A stretch of DNA of 64,000 nucleotides. Source: Candidatus Flemingiibacterium sp. GTDB lineage: Bacteria > Bacillota > Clostridia > Oscillospirales > CAG-272. The position numbers and the translations under genes are program-made. This document shows positions 19,638 to 27,535 of this stretch, one piece after another. The stretch lies in the NCBI GenBank assembly GCA_045636145.1, contig JAZTWV010000030.1, positions 623-64,622 of the forward strand, written 5' to 3'. The notes beneath the pieces were generated by a model that was given only the letters and a program-made list of their open reading frames with translations, did not search any database and was not told the DNA's origin. Within the stretch, counting starts at the first letter, position 1. Each line of letters begins with the position of its first letter.

Positions 19638-19716
19638 GCTATATGGGTTTTGGCTATGACCAATTTGCATTTGATCAGTCGAATGCCATGCTCGCACTTT
19701 GTTTTTTGGATTATAA

Positions 19717-20454
19717 TTAATCTAATCTGATAACCCAACTCTTATCAAAAGCTAAAGTTTTTAACACACTCGCTTTATCCAACTTTTCGGGCACTTTTAT
19801 CTTCAAATGATAGCGTTCCTCGGGGATTTCTTCTATGATAGTGAATTGACTTCCGTGAGGCTGCCAAGTAAACTTGTGAATATGATCCTCTTTAGTATAT
19901 CCTTCAAGATTACCTCTGCCGTTCCATTCAAACACAAACTGCTCGGCATCGTAACGAACAGTTTCCGTTTCAAATACCAAATATTCGTCATAGTTCGGAC
20001 CTTTGACCAAAACAACAGTTCTTGCAAACTTGAAATATTGACGAATGCCTGATACGCGCTCATTCCATATATCAAGAACCATTTTGCCGATTTCATTCGG
20101 TTCAGCTTCCGTTATTCTATCAACACCGAAACTATATGTAGGAGAGTTTCTACCGCTTATTAGTCTAACTGTCTTTTGCTCCCCCATGTTGCTACTTGAC
20201 TTTACGGTTTTTGCACTCCAACAGCAGTTATCTAACACAACATCGTCCAAACCAATATTGGAAGGATGCCACTCTGCGCCTATGCAATTTGCAAATACTT
20301 GTTCCCATTCGTTGCCCTCTAAAGACATCGTGGATTTTGTTGCCAACATATAAACTATATCTTCTGCAAAGCGTTCAATGAATGCAGAAGGAAACTGATT
20401 TATGGGATATGGGGGCACAGCTTTAGTTACGGTTCTTAATCTCGGTTCAGCCAT
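19717..20454 (-). CDS. candidate type II restriction endonuclease (PD-(D/E)xK-like, family unassigned)
   Basis: 245 aa, divergent from the m5C methyltransferase gene. IGLDDVVLDNCCWSAKTVK resembles a D...SxK nuclease core (Cfr10I/NgoMIV style). AGGAGGAAG RBS; AT-rich. Confidence 0.5.
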   Translation of the reverse strand: MAEPRLRTVTKAVPPYPINQFPSAFIERFAEDIVYMLATKSTMSLEGNEWEQVFANCIGAEWHPSNIGLDDVVLDNCCWSAKTVKSSSNMGEQKTVRLISGRNSPTYSFGVDRITEAEPNEIGKMVLDIWNERVSGIRQYFKFARTVVLVKGPNYDEYLVFETETVRYDAEQFVFEWNGRGNLEGYTKEDHIHKFTWQPHGSQFTIIEEIPEERYHLKIKVPEKLDKASVLKTLAFDKSWVIRLD

Positions 20455-20554
20455 ATCTTCCTCCTAAGATATAAATAGTTATTTCATATTATATCATATT
20501 TTTTTGTCATTGTATATAGCTAAAAATAAATTTTAGCGAATCTTCGAAATTCTC

Positions 20555-20584
20555 TTGACAATTCCCTCCGCTTTGTGTTATACT
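20555..20584 (+). promoter_or_regulatory. promoter of methyltransferase gene
   Basis: TTGACA 20555-20560, 18-nt spacer, TGtTATACT ending 20584. Confidence 0.55.
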
Positions 20585-20588
20585 AAAC

Positions 20589-20604
20589 GAGAAGCAAACT
20601 TCTC
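20589..20604. promoter_or_regulatory. candidate operator palindrome GAGAAG-N4-CTTCTC
   Basis: Perfect 6+6 inverted repeat immediately downstream of the -10 element, upstream of the RBS of the HTH-methyltransferase. Confidence 0.35.
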
Positions 20605-20626
20605 ATAGTTGGTGAAGGAGTGTACT

Positions 20627-21811
20627 ATGATTTCTACTGTTGAAATACAAAGAAAGCGTGTTGGATTGACACAAACCGAGCTATCTAACAAAGTCGGTAT
20701 TAGCCGTAGGGCACTTTTGTCTATCGAAAAATCCACCTCTATTCCCTCGGTGGATATAGCATTAAAATTAGCGTCCATACTTAATACAACTGTTGAAGAT
20801 CTGTTCCGTGTTTCTGACACAATGGCTACACCCGAGGTTGTAATTTCTACGCCCATTATTCCGATACAATCTCCCAATAATAAATGGAATACATTTAAGT
20901 TTATTGATTTGTTCGCAGGCATTGGAGGTATTCGACTTGGTTTTGAGAGTGTAGGAGGACAATGCGTATTTTCCTCTGAGTTTGATGAAGATGCGTGTAA
21001 GACCTATGAAGCAAACTTTGGCGAACACCCTTCGGGAGATATAACCAAAATCAATGCGGAGGATATTCCCGACTTTGATATCCTTCTTGGCGGATTTCCT
21101 TGTCAAGCCTTCTCCATTATAGGGAAAAAAGAGGGATTTGCCAACGAAACTTGCGGCACTCTGTTCTTTGATGTTGAGCGCATACTAAAGGTGAAACGCC
21201 CTTCGGCATTTATGCTTGAGAATGTTAGAAACTTAGTAGCGCACGATAACGGAAACACATTTAAGGTTATCCGTGAACATTTGGAAGCTCTCGGATATAC
21301 CGTTTACGCAAAGGTTCTCAATGCTCTTGACTACGGTGTACCGCAGAAGAGAGAAAGAATTATAATTGTTGGCTTCTTGAAGGATATTCCGTTTGAATTT
21401 CCAAAGCCTGTTTGCGAAAGCGCAAGACTTTCGCTTTCCGATATTCTTGAAGAGAATGTCGATGCAAGATACTATGTAAAAGAACCCATCAAGTTATCAA
21501 GGCTTGAACGGTTGCGTGACAAAGACTATCCAAAGCCGTATATTTCTCACGAGAATATGGCAGGCTCGGTTACACCGCATCCGTATTCTTCCGCTCTTCG
21601 TGCAGGTGCTTCTGCAAACTATATTCTTGTTAATGATGAACGTCGTCCGACAGAGAGAGAAATGCTTCGTATCCAAGGATTTCCCGATACATTCAAAATC
21701 GTATTACCCTATGGTAAGATAAAGAAACAATGTGGCAACTCCGTAGCTGTACCTGTGATTAAAGCAGTAGCTGCTGAAATGCTCAAATCCTTACGAACAT
21801 ACGATTGTTAA
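20627..21811 (+). CDS. DNA (cytosine-5)-methyltransferase with fused N-terminal XRE-type HTH domain
   Basis: HTH LTQTELSNKVGISRRALLSIEKS. Motif I FAGIGG, IV GFPCQAFS, VI ENV, VIII QKRERIIIVG, X GNSVAVPV. GAAGGAG RBS before ATG 20627. Confidence 0.92.
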   Translation: MISTVEIQRKRVGLTQTELSNKVGISRRALLSIEKSTSIPSVDIALKLASILNTTVEDLFRVSDTMATPEVVISTPIIPIQSPNNKWNTFKFIDLFAGIGGIRLGFESVGGQCVFSSEFDEDACKTYEANFGEHPSGDITKINAEDIPDFDILLGGFPCQAFSIIGKKEGFANETCGTLFFDVERILKVKRPSAFMLENVRNLVAHDNGNTFKVIREHLEALGYTVYAKVLNALDYGVPQKRERIIIVGFLKDIPFEFPKPVCESARLSLSDILEENVDARYYVKEPIKLSRLERLRDKDYPKPYISHENMAGSVTPHPYSSALRAGASANYILVNDERRPTEREMLRIQGFPDTFKIVLPYGKIKKQCGNSVAVPVIKAVAAEMLKSLRTYDC

Positions 21812-21837
21812 GGGGCTTTTTTTACAGCCCCTTTTTA
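21812..21837. terminator. terminator between convergent genes
   Basis: GGGGCT...AGCCCC stem followed by TTTTT. Confidence 0.6.
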
Positions 21838-21867
21838 TTGTACGAACTTTTTTAGGTAATCGGACAC

Positions 21868-22548
21868 TTACTTTTTTCCTTGCGACGCCTTGGCACAGAG
21901 TGCGGCGAAAAGAATATCCGATTCGCGGGTGATCATATGCTCCGGATGCCACTGAACTCCAATACAGAAACGCTTTCCGACCCCCTCTGCCGCTTCGGCA
22001 ATGCCGTCCTCCGAGACTGCCGTTATACGAAGTCCGTTGGCAGGAGTGCGGATGGCTTGATGGTGAAAACTGTTGACTTCAAGTGTATCTACGGACAAAA
22101 GTTCATTTAAGTAACTGTTTTCTGCGATGTGTATGGTGTGGGACGGCTGCTCGCGCGAGAGCTTCTGCGTGTGATTTGGTATATGGAAATGCAAACTGCC
22201 GCCAAGAGCGGCGTTCAGCACCTGAATGCCTCTGCATATGCCGAGAATGGGCATATCTCTTGAAAATGCAAGGCGTGTCAGCTCTAATTCGTATTCATCA
22301 CGCTCCGGAGATGCTTCAAAGAGAAATGCGGGGTCGTATTCTTCGATTCCGCAGAGCCGCGGCGCAATGTCACCGCCTCCGCTTAGCAGAATGCCGTCGC
22401 AAATGCCAAGCGCAGAGCGTGGTCTGCCGATTGGAGGGAGCATTATGGGAATACCGCCTGCGCGAAGTATGGCGGTACAGTATTTGCGGCGAAGAAAGTA
22501 GTCGCCGTCCGAATTGTTGCCTGTTGTAATGCCGATCATAGGATTCAT
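21868..22548 (-). CDS. class-I glutamine amidotransferase / peptidase C26 (gamma-glutamyl-GABA hydrolase-like)
   Basis: GICRGIQVLN nucleophile motif, SFHHQAI, WHPE. Confidence 0.85.
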   Translation of the reverse strand: MNPMIGITTGNNSDGDYFLRRKYCTAILRAGGIPIMLPPIGRPRSALGICDGILLSGGGDIAPRLCGIEEYDPAFLFEASPERDEYELELTRLAFSRDMPILGICRGIQVLNAALGGSLHFHIPNHTQKLSREQPSHTIHIAENSYLNELLSVDTLEVNSFHHQAIRTPANGLRITAVSEDGIAEAAEGVGKRFCIGVQWHPEHMITRESDILFAALCAKASQGKK

Positions 22549-22807
22549 ATCTTATTCCACCTTTTACTTTTGGTATATTACTTACATTTACAGTATAATC
22601 CCATGAAGCACGCAGTGACACCCACTTTTATCTGTTATGCAGAATTTGTAAAAATTTTTAAAACCTGTTTACTTGTGAGAAAATTTATGTTATAATAAAA
22701 GCGTTGAATGCCTCCGCCAAGCGGAGGCGGAATAAGGAAATTGTATTTAAACGATATTCACCCATGCGTGATACCATCACGCTAAAAGAAAGGCTCGGTT
22801 TAGAATT

Positions 22808-23290
22808 ATGAGATGCCCTGTCTGCGGATGTGCTCAGGATAAAGTCCTTGATACAAGACCAATAGATGATGAGCGCAGTATACGCCGCCGCAGAGAATGC
22901 CTTAACTGTCAGCACAGATTTACCTCGTATGAGACGGTTGAAAAAGCATCGCTGATAGTATGCAAGCGCGATAATACCAGAGAAGCGTTCAGCCGCGATA
23001 AGATAATGAACGGAATAAAAAAAGCCTGCCAGAAGCGTCCTGTATCGCTCAGGCAGATGAGTGCTATCGTTGAGGGAATAGAGTCCGATTTCCAAAACAG
23101 TATGCGTGCGGAGGTATCCACTACCGAAATCGGTGAGCGCATAATGAACGGTCTTCGTGAGCTTGACGAGGTGGCATATATACGCTTTGCCTCGGTTTAC
23201 CGGGATTTTGACGACCTCGATTCATTCCTTGAGGAGCTTGATAATCTTAAAAAGCTCAAAGAAGAACGCGAAAAGAGCAAAAAACAGTAA
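22808..23290 (+). CDS. nrdR: transcriptional repressor NrdR
   Basis: MRCPVCG...CLNCQHRFTSYE zinc ribbon plus ATP-cone. Confidence 0.95.
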   Translation: MRCPVCGCAQDKVLDTRPIDDERSIRRRRECLNCQHRFTSYETVEKASLIVCKRDNTREAFSRDKIMNGIKKACQKRPVSLRQMSAIVEGIESDFQNSMRAEVSTTEIGERIMNGLRELDEVAYIRFASVYRDFDDLDSFLEELDNLKKLKEEREKSKKQ

Positions 23291-23306
23291 GAAAACGCTT
23301 CATCGG

Positions 23307-23921
23307 TCAGATGACCGATGAAGCGTTTTCTTCATATTCTTTTAAAATCTCATGTGCCCTCATGCCAAGCTCGCCAATGGTTTTCGGACATACCGTCCAT
23401 TCACAGGGATTCAAAATGTCATTTCGCTCGCCAATGCACAGCTCAAAGAGTACCGTGTCAATCCATTTGCCGAATTTGTAGCCTACCCGGTGCTCTCGTC
23501 CAGCCTCTGTAAAGCCCATTTTTGTATGCAGACGGAAGCTTGCGGGGTTGGGGTCGGTTACTATGCCGTAGAGATTTTTGTATCCCATTTCACGAAGCAT
23601 AGAAATAAGTGCCCCGTAAAGACTTTTGCCAAGACCGCGGTGCGCGGCGGTCTGCTTCATATATATGGACAGCTCAGCCGCAAAACGGTAGGCATGACGC
23701 GTCTTATAGCGGTGTGCGTAGGCGTAACCCACTATCTCGTTTTCAAGTATGCATACGATATACGGAAATTCAGCCGAAAACTCGCATATACGTCGGCGAA
23801 ATTCCGCTACTGTCGGCACATCATATTCAAAGCTTACAGTGGTATTCTCAACATACGGAGCGTAAATGCCAAGTAAAGCTTCGGCATCATCCGGTGAGGC
23901 AAAACGGAATTTAACATCCAT
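23307..23921 (-). CDS. GNAT N-acetyltransferase (phosphinothricin acetyltransferase-like)
   Basis: 204 aa; FRFASPDDAEALLGIYAPYVENTTVSFE and HRGLGKSLY acetyl-CoA motif. Confidence 0.8.
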   Translation of the reverse strand: MDVKFRFASPDDAEALLGIYAPYVENTTVSFEYDVPTVAEFRRRICEFSAEFPYIVCILENEIVGYAYAHRYKTRHAYRFAAELSIYMKQTAAHRGLGKSLYGALISMLREMGYKNLYGIVTDPNPASFRLHTKMGFTEAGREHRVGYKFGKWIDTVLFELCIGERNDILNPCEWTVCPKTIGELGMRAHEILKEYEENASSVI

Positions 23922-23923
23922 TT

Positions 23924-24595
23924 TTATTTTTCGCAGTACATTTCAAGATATGCTTCCATGCGCTCACGGATCTCATCGTTAAGCGGTACGCTTCCGTCGA
24001 TCTCGCGTCCGTGCATATGGTCGATGATCTCGCGCACGGTAACAATGGGATGAACCTTGATACCGAACTCCGCGCCGATTTCCTTGATGGCAGTGGTGCC
24101 GGACTGACCGCGCTCCATTCTGTCAACGGAAATTATCATATGCTCAACCTTTACATCGGCGGCAGCCTTAAGCTGAGGCAGAGTCTCGCGCACAGCAGTG
24201 CCTGCTGTAATAACGTCCTCGATAATAACTACACGGTCTCCGTCGGAAAGCTTTGCGCCAACCATATTTCCGCCCTCGCCGTGATCCTTTGCCTCTTTGC
24301 GGTTGAAGCAGTAGGGCTTGTCGATACCGTATTCGGTGAAGAGGGAGCAGGCGGTTACAGTAGCAAGCGGTATACCCTTATATGCCGGACCGAACAGCAC
24401 GTCAAAATCCTCGCCTACGTTGTTTTTCAGGCATTCTGCGTAGTATTTGCCAAGCTTCGCCATCTGCGCACCTGTTTTATAGTTGCCGGTGTTTACAAAG
24501 TAGGGGGATTTTCTTCCGCTTTTTGTTGTGAAATCTCCGAAGCGAAGCACGCCGCTTCTTACCATAAATTCAATGAAGTCTGTTTTGTAGCTCAT
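23924..24595 (-). CDS. pyrE: orotate phosphoribosyltransferase
   Basis: GVLRFGDFTTKSGRKSPYFVN and VVIIEDVITAGT PRPP motif. Confidence 0.92.
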   Translation of the reverse strand: MSYKTDFIEFMVRSGVLRFGDFTTKSGRKSPYFVNTGNYKTGAQMAKLGKYYAECLKNNVGEDFDVLFGPAYKGIPLATVTACSLFTEYGIDKPYCFNRKEAKDHGEGGNMVGAKLSDGDRVVIIEDVITAGTAVRETLPQLKAAADVKVEHMIISVDRMERGQSGTTAIKEIGAEFGIKVHPIVTVREIIDHMHGREIDGSVPLNDEIRERMEAYLEMYCEK

Positions 24596-24760
24596 TTTTA
24601 TATCTCCTTTATCTCATATGAAAAGTTGTCGTATATAAGTATATCATTTTTTTTGAGGATTGTAAAGGGATATTTTCAAGTTTGTGTGGACAAACAGCTT
24701 ATTTTGTGATAAAATTTATACAGTTGGGAACAATTTGCACCACTGAAAGGAATTTGGCAT

Positions 24761-25246
24761 ATGTCAGAATTTAAAACCAACGTTTATCGCATATTTGACA
24801 AGGAGAAGCTTCCGTATACTCCGCACACCTACCCTCACGGAGACGAAGCCGTGGATGGAATGAGTATTGCGGAATCACTTGGTATATCTCCGAAAAAGGT
24901 GTTCAAGACTCTTGTAACGCAAGGCTCGGACAAAAATTACTACGTGTTTGACGTACCGGTCAACCGGGAGCTTGATCTTAAAAAAGCGGCTGCGGCTGTA
25001 GGGGTCAAATCTGTTGCAATGATAAAGGTGGCGGACATAAACAAAATTACCGGCTATGTGCGCGGCGGATGCTCGCCTATAGGTATGAAGAAAAAATACC
25101 GCACTGTATTTGATGCCACAGCTAAGGACTGCGACACAATGTTTGTCAGTGCAGGACGTATTGGCTGGCAGATAGAGGCAAAGCCCGAGGATCTTGCAAA
25201 GCTTTCCGGTGCTATATTCGCAGATATTCTTTTGGCGTTGGTGTGA
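24761..25246 (+). CDS. ybaK: Cys-tRNA(Pro) deacylase YbaK/EbsC family
   Basis: 161 aa; KTLV...GGCSPIG pattern of the YbaK editing domain. Confidence 0.8.
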   Translation: MSEFKTNVYRIFDKEKLPYTPHTYPHGDEAVDGMSIAESLGISPKKVFKTLVTQGSDKNYYVFDVPVNRELDLKKAAAAVGVKSVAMIKVADINKITGYVRGGCSPIGMKKKYRTVFDATAKDCDTMFVSAGRIGWQIEAKPEDLAKLSGAIFADILLALV

Positions 25247-25329
25247 GCCTGCGGTATACTGCATACAGCATAATATTTCTGAAACCAACCGAAAAAATCG
25301 CCGCAGAACAAAAAAATTCGCATAACCTC

Positions 25330-25358
25330 TTGCTTTTTTTGAAAAACTGTGTTATACT
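25330..25358 (+). promoter_or_regulatory. promoter of pheST leader
   Basis: TTGCTT 25330-25335, 17-nt spacer, TGtTATACT ending 25358. Confidence 0.55.
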
Positions 25359-25364
25359 ATCATA

Positions 25365-25655
25365 AATGCAGTGATTGGGTTTGCCACCACTAAATGAATG
25401 TCCAGAGATGACCGCCTTGCATTACGCATGGCTGTGAGCGGTCTCATTCAAGCGGCTAAGGCGTTTCCCCCATGAGCAGTAACGGTGAAGGTTTGCGCAA
25501 ATTGAACTTGTAGCCGTTAACGATTGACTCACGTTAAAGAGTCGCCGAGTGTATTGCTTGGTTACAGGCAATAAAATAAGGTGGTACCGCGGAAAACGCA
25601 TAGATTATATGCCGCTCCGTCCTTAAGTTTAAGGGCGAAGCGGCTTTTTTGCCGC
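25365..25655 (+). promoter_or_regulatory. T-box leader (Phe-specific) with terminator
   Basis: AGAGA box at ~25404. Candidate specifier TTC at 25447-25449 followed by A. T-box AAGGTGGTACCGCGG at 25578-25592. Terminator stem 25611-25644 plus T6. Confidence 0.85.
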
Positions 25656-25701
25656 TCCACCCACGAAATATTCATATTTTCATTCAGAAAGGATCGTTAA
25701 A

Positions 25702-26715
25702 ATGAAAGAAAAACTCGAACAGATCCGTGCGGCGGCTGTGGCTGAGCTTTCCGCTCCCGAAGCTGACCTTGAAGCGCTGAGAATCCGCTTCCTCGGAAAA
25801 AAAGGCGAGCTGACCGCGGTGCTTCGCGGTATGGGTCAGCTTACGGCAGAAGAACGCCCCGTGATCGGTGCGCTTGCAAATGAGGTGCGCGAGTACATTG
25901 AAAATGCAATTGCAGAGAAGGCTGAGGCACAGAAGAGTGCCGCTCTTGCAAAGAAGCTTCTTGATGAGCGTCTTGACGTGACCATGCCCGGCAAAGTTCC
26001 GGAGGTAGGCAAGCGTCATCCTCTGGCTCAGGTTCAGAAGGATATGGAGGACATATTCATCGGTATGGGATTCAGTATAGTTGAGGGTCCTGAGGTTGAG
26101 TACGACTACTACAACTTCCAGGCACTTAATATTCCGGAAAATCACCCTGCAAGAGATACACAGGATACCTTCTATATTACCGATAATATCCTGCTTCGTT
26201 CCCAGACTTCCCCTGTACAGGTAAGAACCATGGAGAAGCAGAGACCCCCTATCCGCATAATCTCTCCCGGCAGAGTTTACCGCTCGGACGCGGTGGACGC
26301 ATCTCACTCTCCGCTGTTCCACCAGCTTGAGGGACTTGTGGTTGACAAGGGAATCACCATGGGCGACCTTAAGGGAACACTTGAAACCTTTGCAAAGACC
26401 ATGTTCGGTGAGCAGACACAAATTCGCTTCAGACCTCACCACTTCCCGTTTACCGAGCCTTCCGCTGAGGTGGATGTTTCCTGCTTCGTATGCGGCGGCA
26501 AGGGCTGCAAGCTCTGCAAGGGCGAGGGATGGATCGAGATTCTCGGCGCAGGTATGGTACATCCTAACGTGCTTCGCGGATGCAACATTGATCCCGACGA
26601 ATACAGCGGTTTTGCATTCGGTATGGGCGTTGAGCGTATCACAATGATAAAATACGGAATCGACGATATGCGCTATCTTTATGAAAATGATGTGCGCTTC
26701 CTCGATCAGTTCTAA
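25702..26715 (+). CDS. pheS: phenylalanine--tRNA ligase alpha subunit
   Basis: 337 aa; class II motifs ([26 protein letters not shown]). Confidence 0.95.
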   Translation: MKEKLEQIRAAAVAELSAPEADLEALRIRFLGKKGELTAVLRGMGQLTAEERPVIGALANEVREYIENAIAEKAEAQKSAALAKKLLDERLDVTMPGKVPEVGKRHPLAQVQKDMEDIFIGMGFSIVEGPEVEYDYYNFQALNIPENHPARDTQDTFYITDNILLRSQTSPVQVRTMEKQRPPIRIISPGRVYRSDAVDASHSPLFHQLEGLVVDKGITMGDLKGTLETFAKTMFGEQTQIRFRPHHFPFTEPSAEVDVSCFVCGGKGCKLCKGEGWIEILGAGMVHPNVLRGCNIDPDEYSGFAFGMGVERITMIKYGIDDMRYLYENDVRFLDQF

Positions 26716-26753
26716 ACCGTGATGTCATCCGGTTATATGCGTAGGTAAAATAT

Positions 26754-27515
26754 ATGAAAATTCACATTTTCGGTACTTGCTCGGGCACAGAACCAATGCC
26801 GGGACGGCATCATACGTCATGGGCGATAGAAGCCGGGGACGGAAGCCTGTATATTTTCGATGCAGGAGAGGGATGTGCCTATACGGCTCATAATATGGGG
26901 CTTGATCTTACTAAAATCAAGGCTGTATTCATATCTCATATGCATATAGATCACCTTTGGGGACTTCCGAATCTTCTTTGGACTCCTGTGAAGGTGAAGT
27001 GGTACAAAAAACTTCAGAATGAGCTTTTCGCAAAGCTTTTTGTGCCAGATATCGAAAAATGGGCGGCTATGCATGAGGTTATTGCTTCCGGAGAGAGGAT
27101 AATGCCTGTGGAGGCTTCCGAGATATCCGACGGTGTGATCTACGACGACGGATATTTAAAGGTTGAGGCACTTCACAACCTACATCTTGGGGACAAACAG
27201 CCTTGGCGCTCCTATTCCTTTTATATAACCTGCGAGGGAAAGACTATTATCTTCACAGGCGATATCAGAGAGCCTGACGAAATAGGCGAGCTCTTTGCGC
27301 GCGGCTGTGATATGTTACTCTTAGAAACAGGGCATCATAGGCCGGACAGAATGCCGAAGTATCTCGGTGAGCACGGACACCGTGTGGGATATCTTATGTA
27401 TATACATCACGGACGGGATATTCTTTACGATCCCGTCGGTTCCGACAAGCTGATACGGGATGCATGGAACGGAAATTACCGTATTGCCGAGGATGGCGAT
27501 ACTATTGTACTTTAA
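26754..27515 (+). CDS. MBL-fold metallo-hydrolase
   Basis: HMHIDH (HxHxDH) motif, 253 aa. Confidence 0.8.
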   Translation: MKIHIFGTCSGTEPMPGRHHTSWAIEAGDGSLYIFDAGEGCAYTAHNMGLDLTKIKAVFISHMHIDHLWGLPNLLWTPVKVKWYKKLQNELFAKLFVPDIEKWAAMHEVIASGERIMPVEASEISDGVIYDDGYLKVEALHNLHLGDKQPWRSYSFYITCEGKTIIFTGDIREPDEIGELFARGCDMLLLETGHHRPDRMPKYLGEHGHRVGYLMYIHHGRDILYDPVGSDKLIRDAWNGNYRIAEDGDTIVL

Positions 27516-27535
27516 CGAAAGAAGGATATAATAAT

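Noticed and set aside
19640-21860. Integrase, transposase or target-site duplication flanking the R-M islet
   Set aside because: No recombinase ORF and no convincing direct repeats were found at the compositional boundaries, so the mobility mechanism is left open.
22708-22731. GCCTCCGC-CAA-GCGGAGGC hairpin in the nrdR leader as another REP copy
   Set aside because: It lacks the flanking GTAG/CTAC tetranucleotide and the CCG context shared by all other units. It is more likely a leader structure.
27464-27535. 5' extensions of ORF-track entries for pheT (27464), metG (47412), infC (45193), the FGGY kinase (7363), htrA-like (53527), the metallophosphoesterase (32336), the OppC-like permease (14109) and DUF1015 (53502)
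   Set aside because: The extensions overlap upstream genes, terminators or leaders and lack an RBS. Internal starts with good Shine-Dalgarno spacing give N-termini typical of each family.
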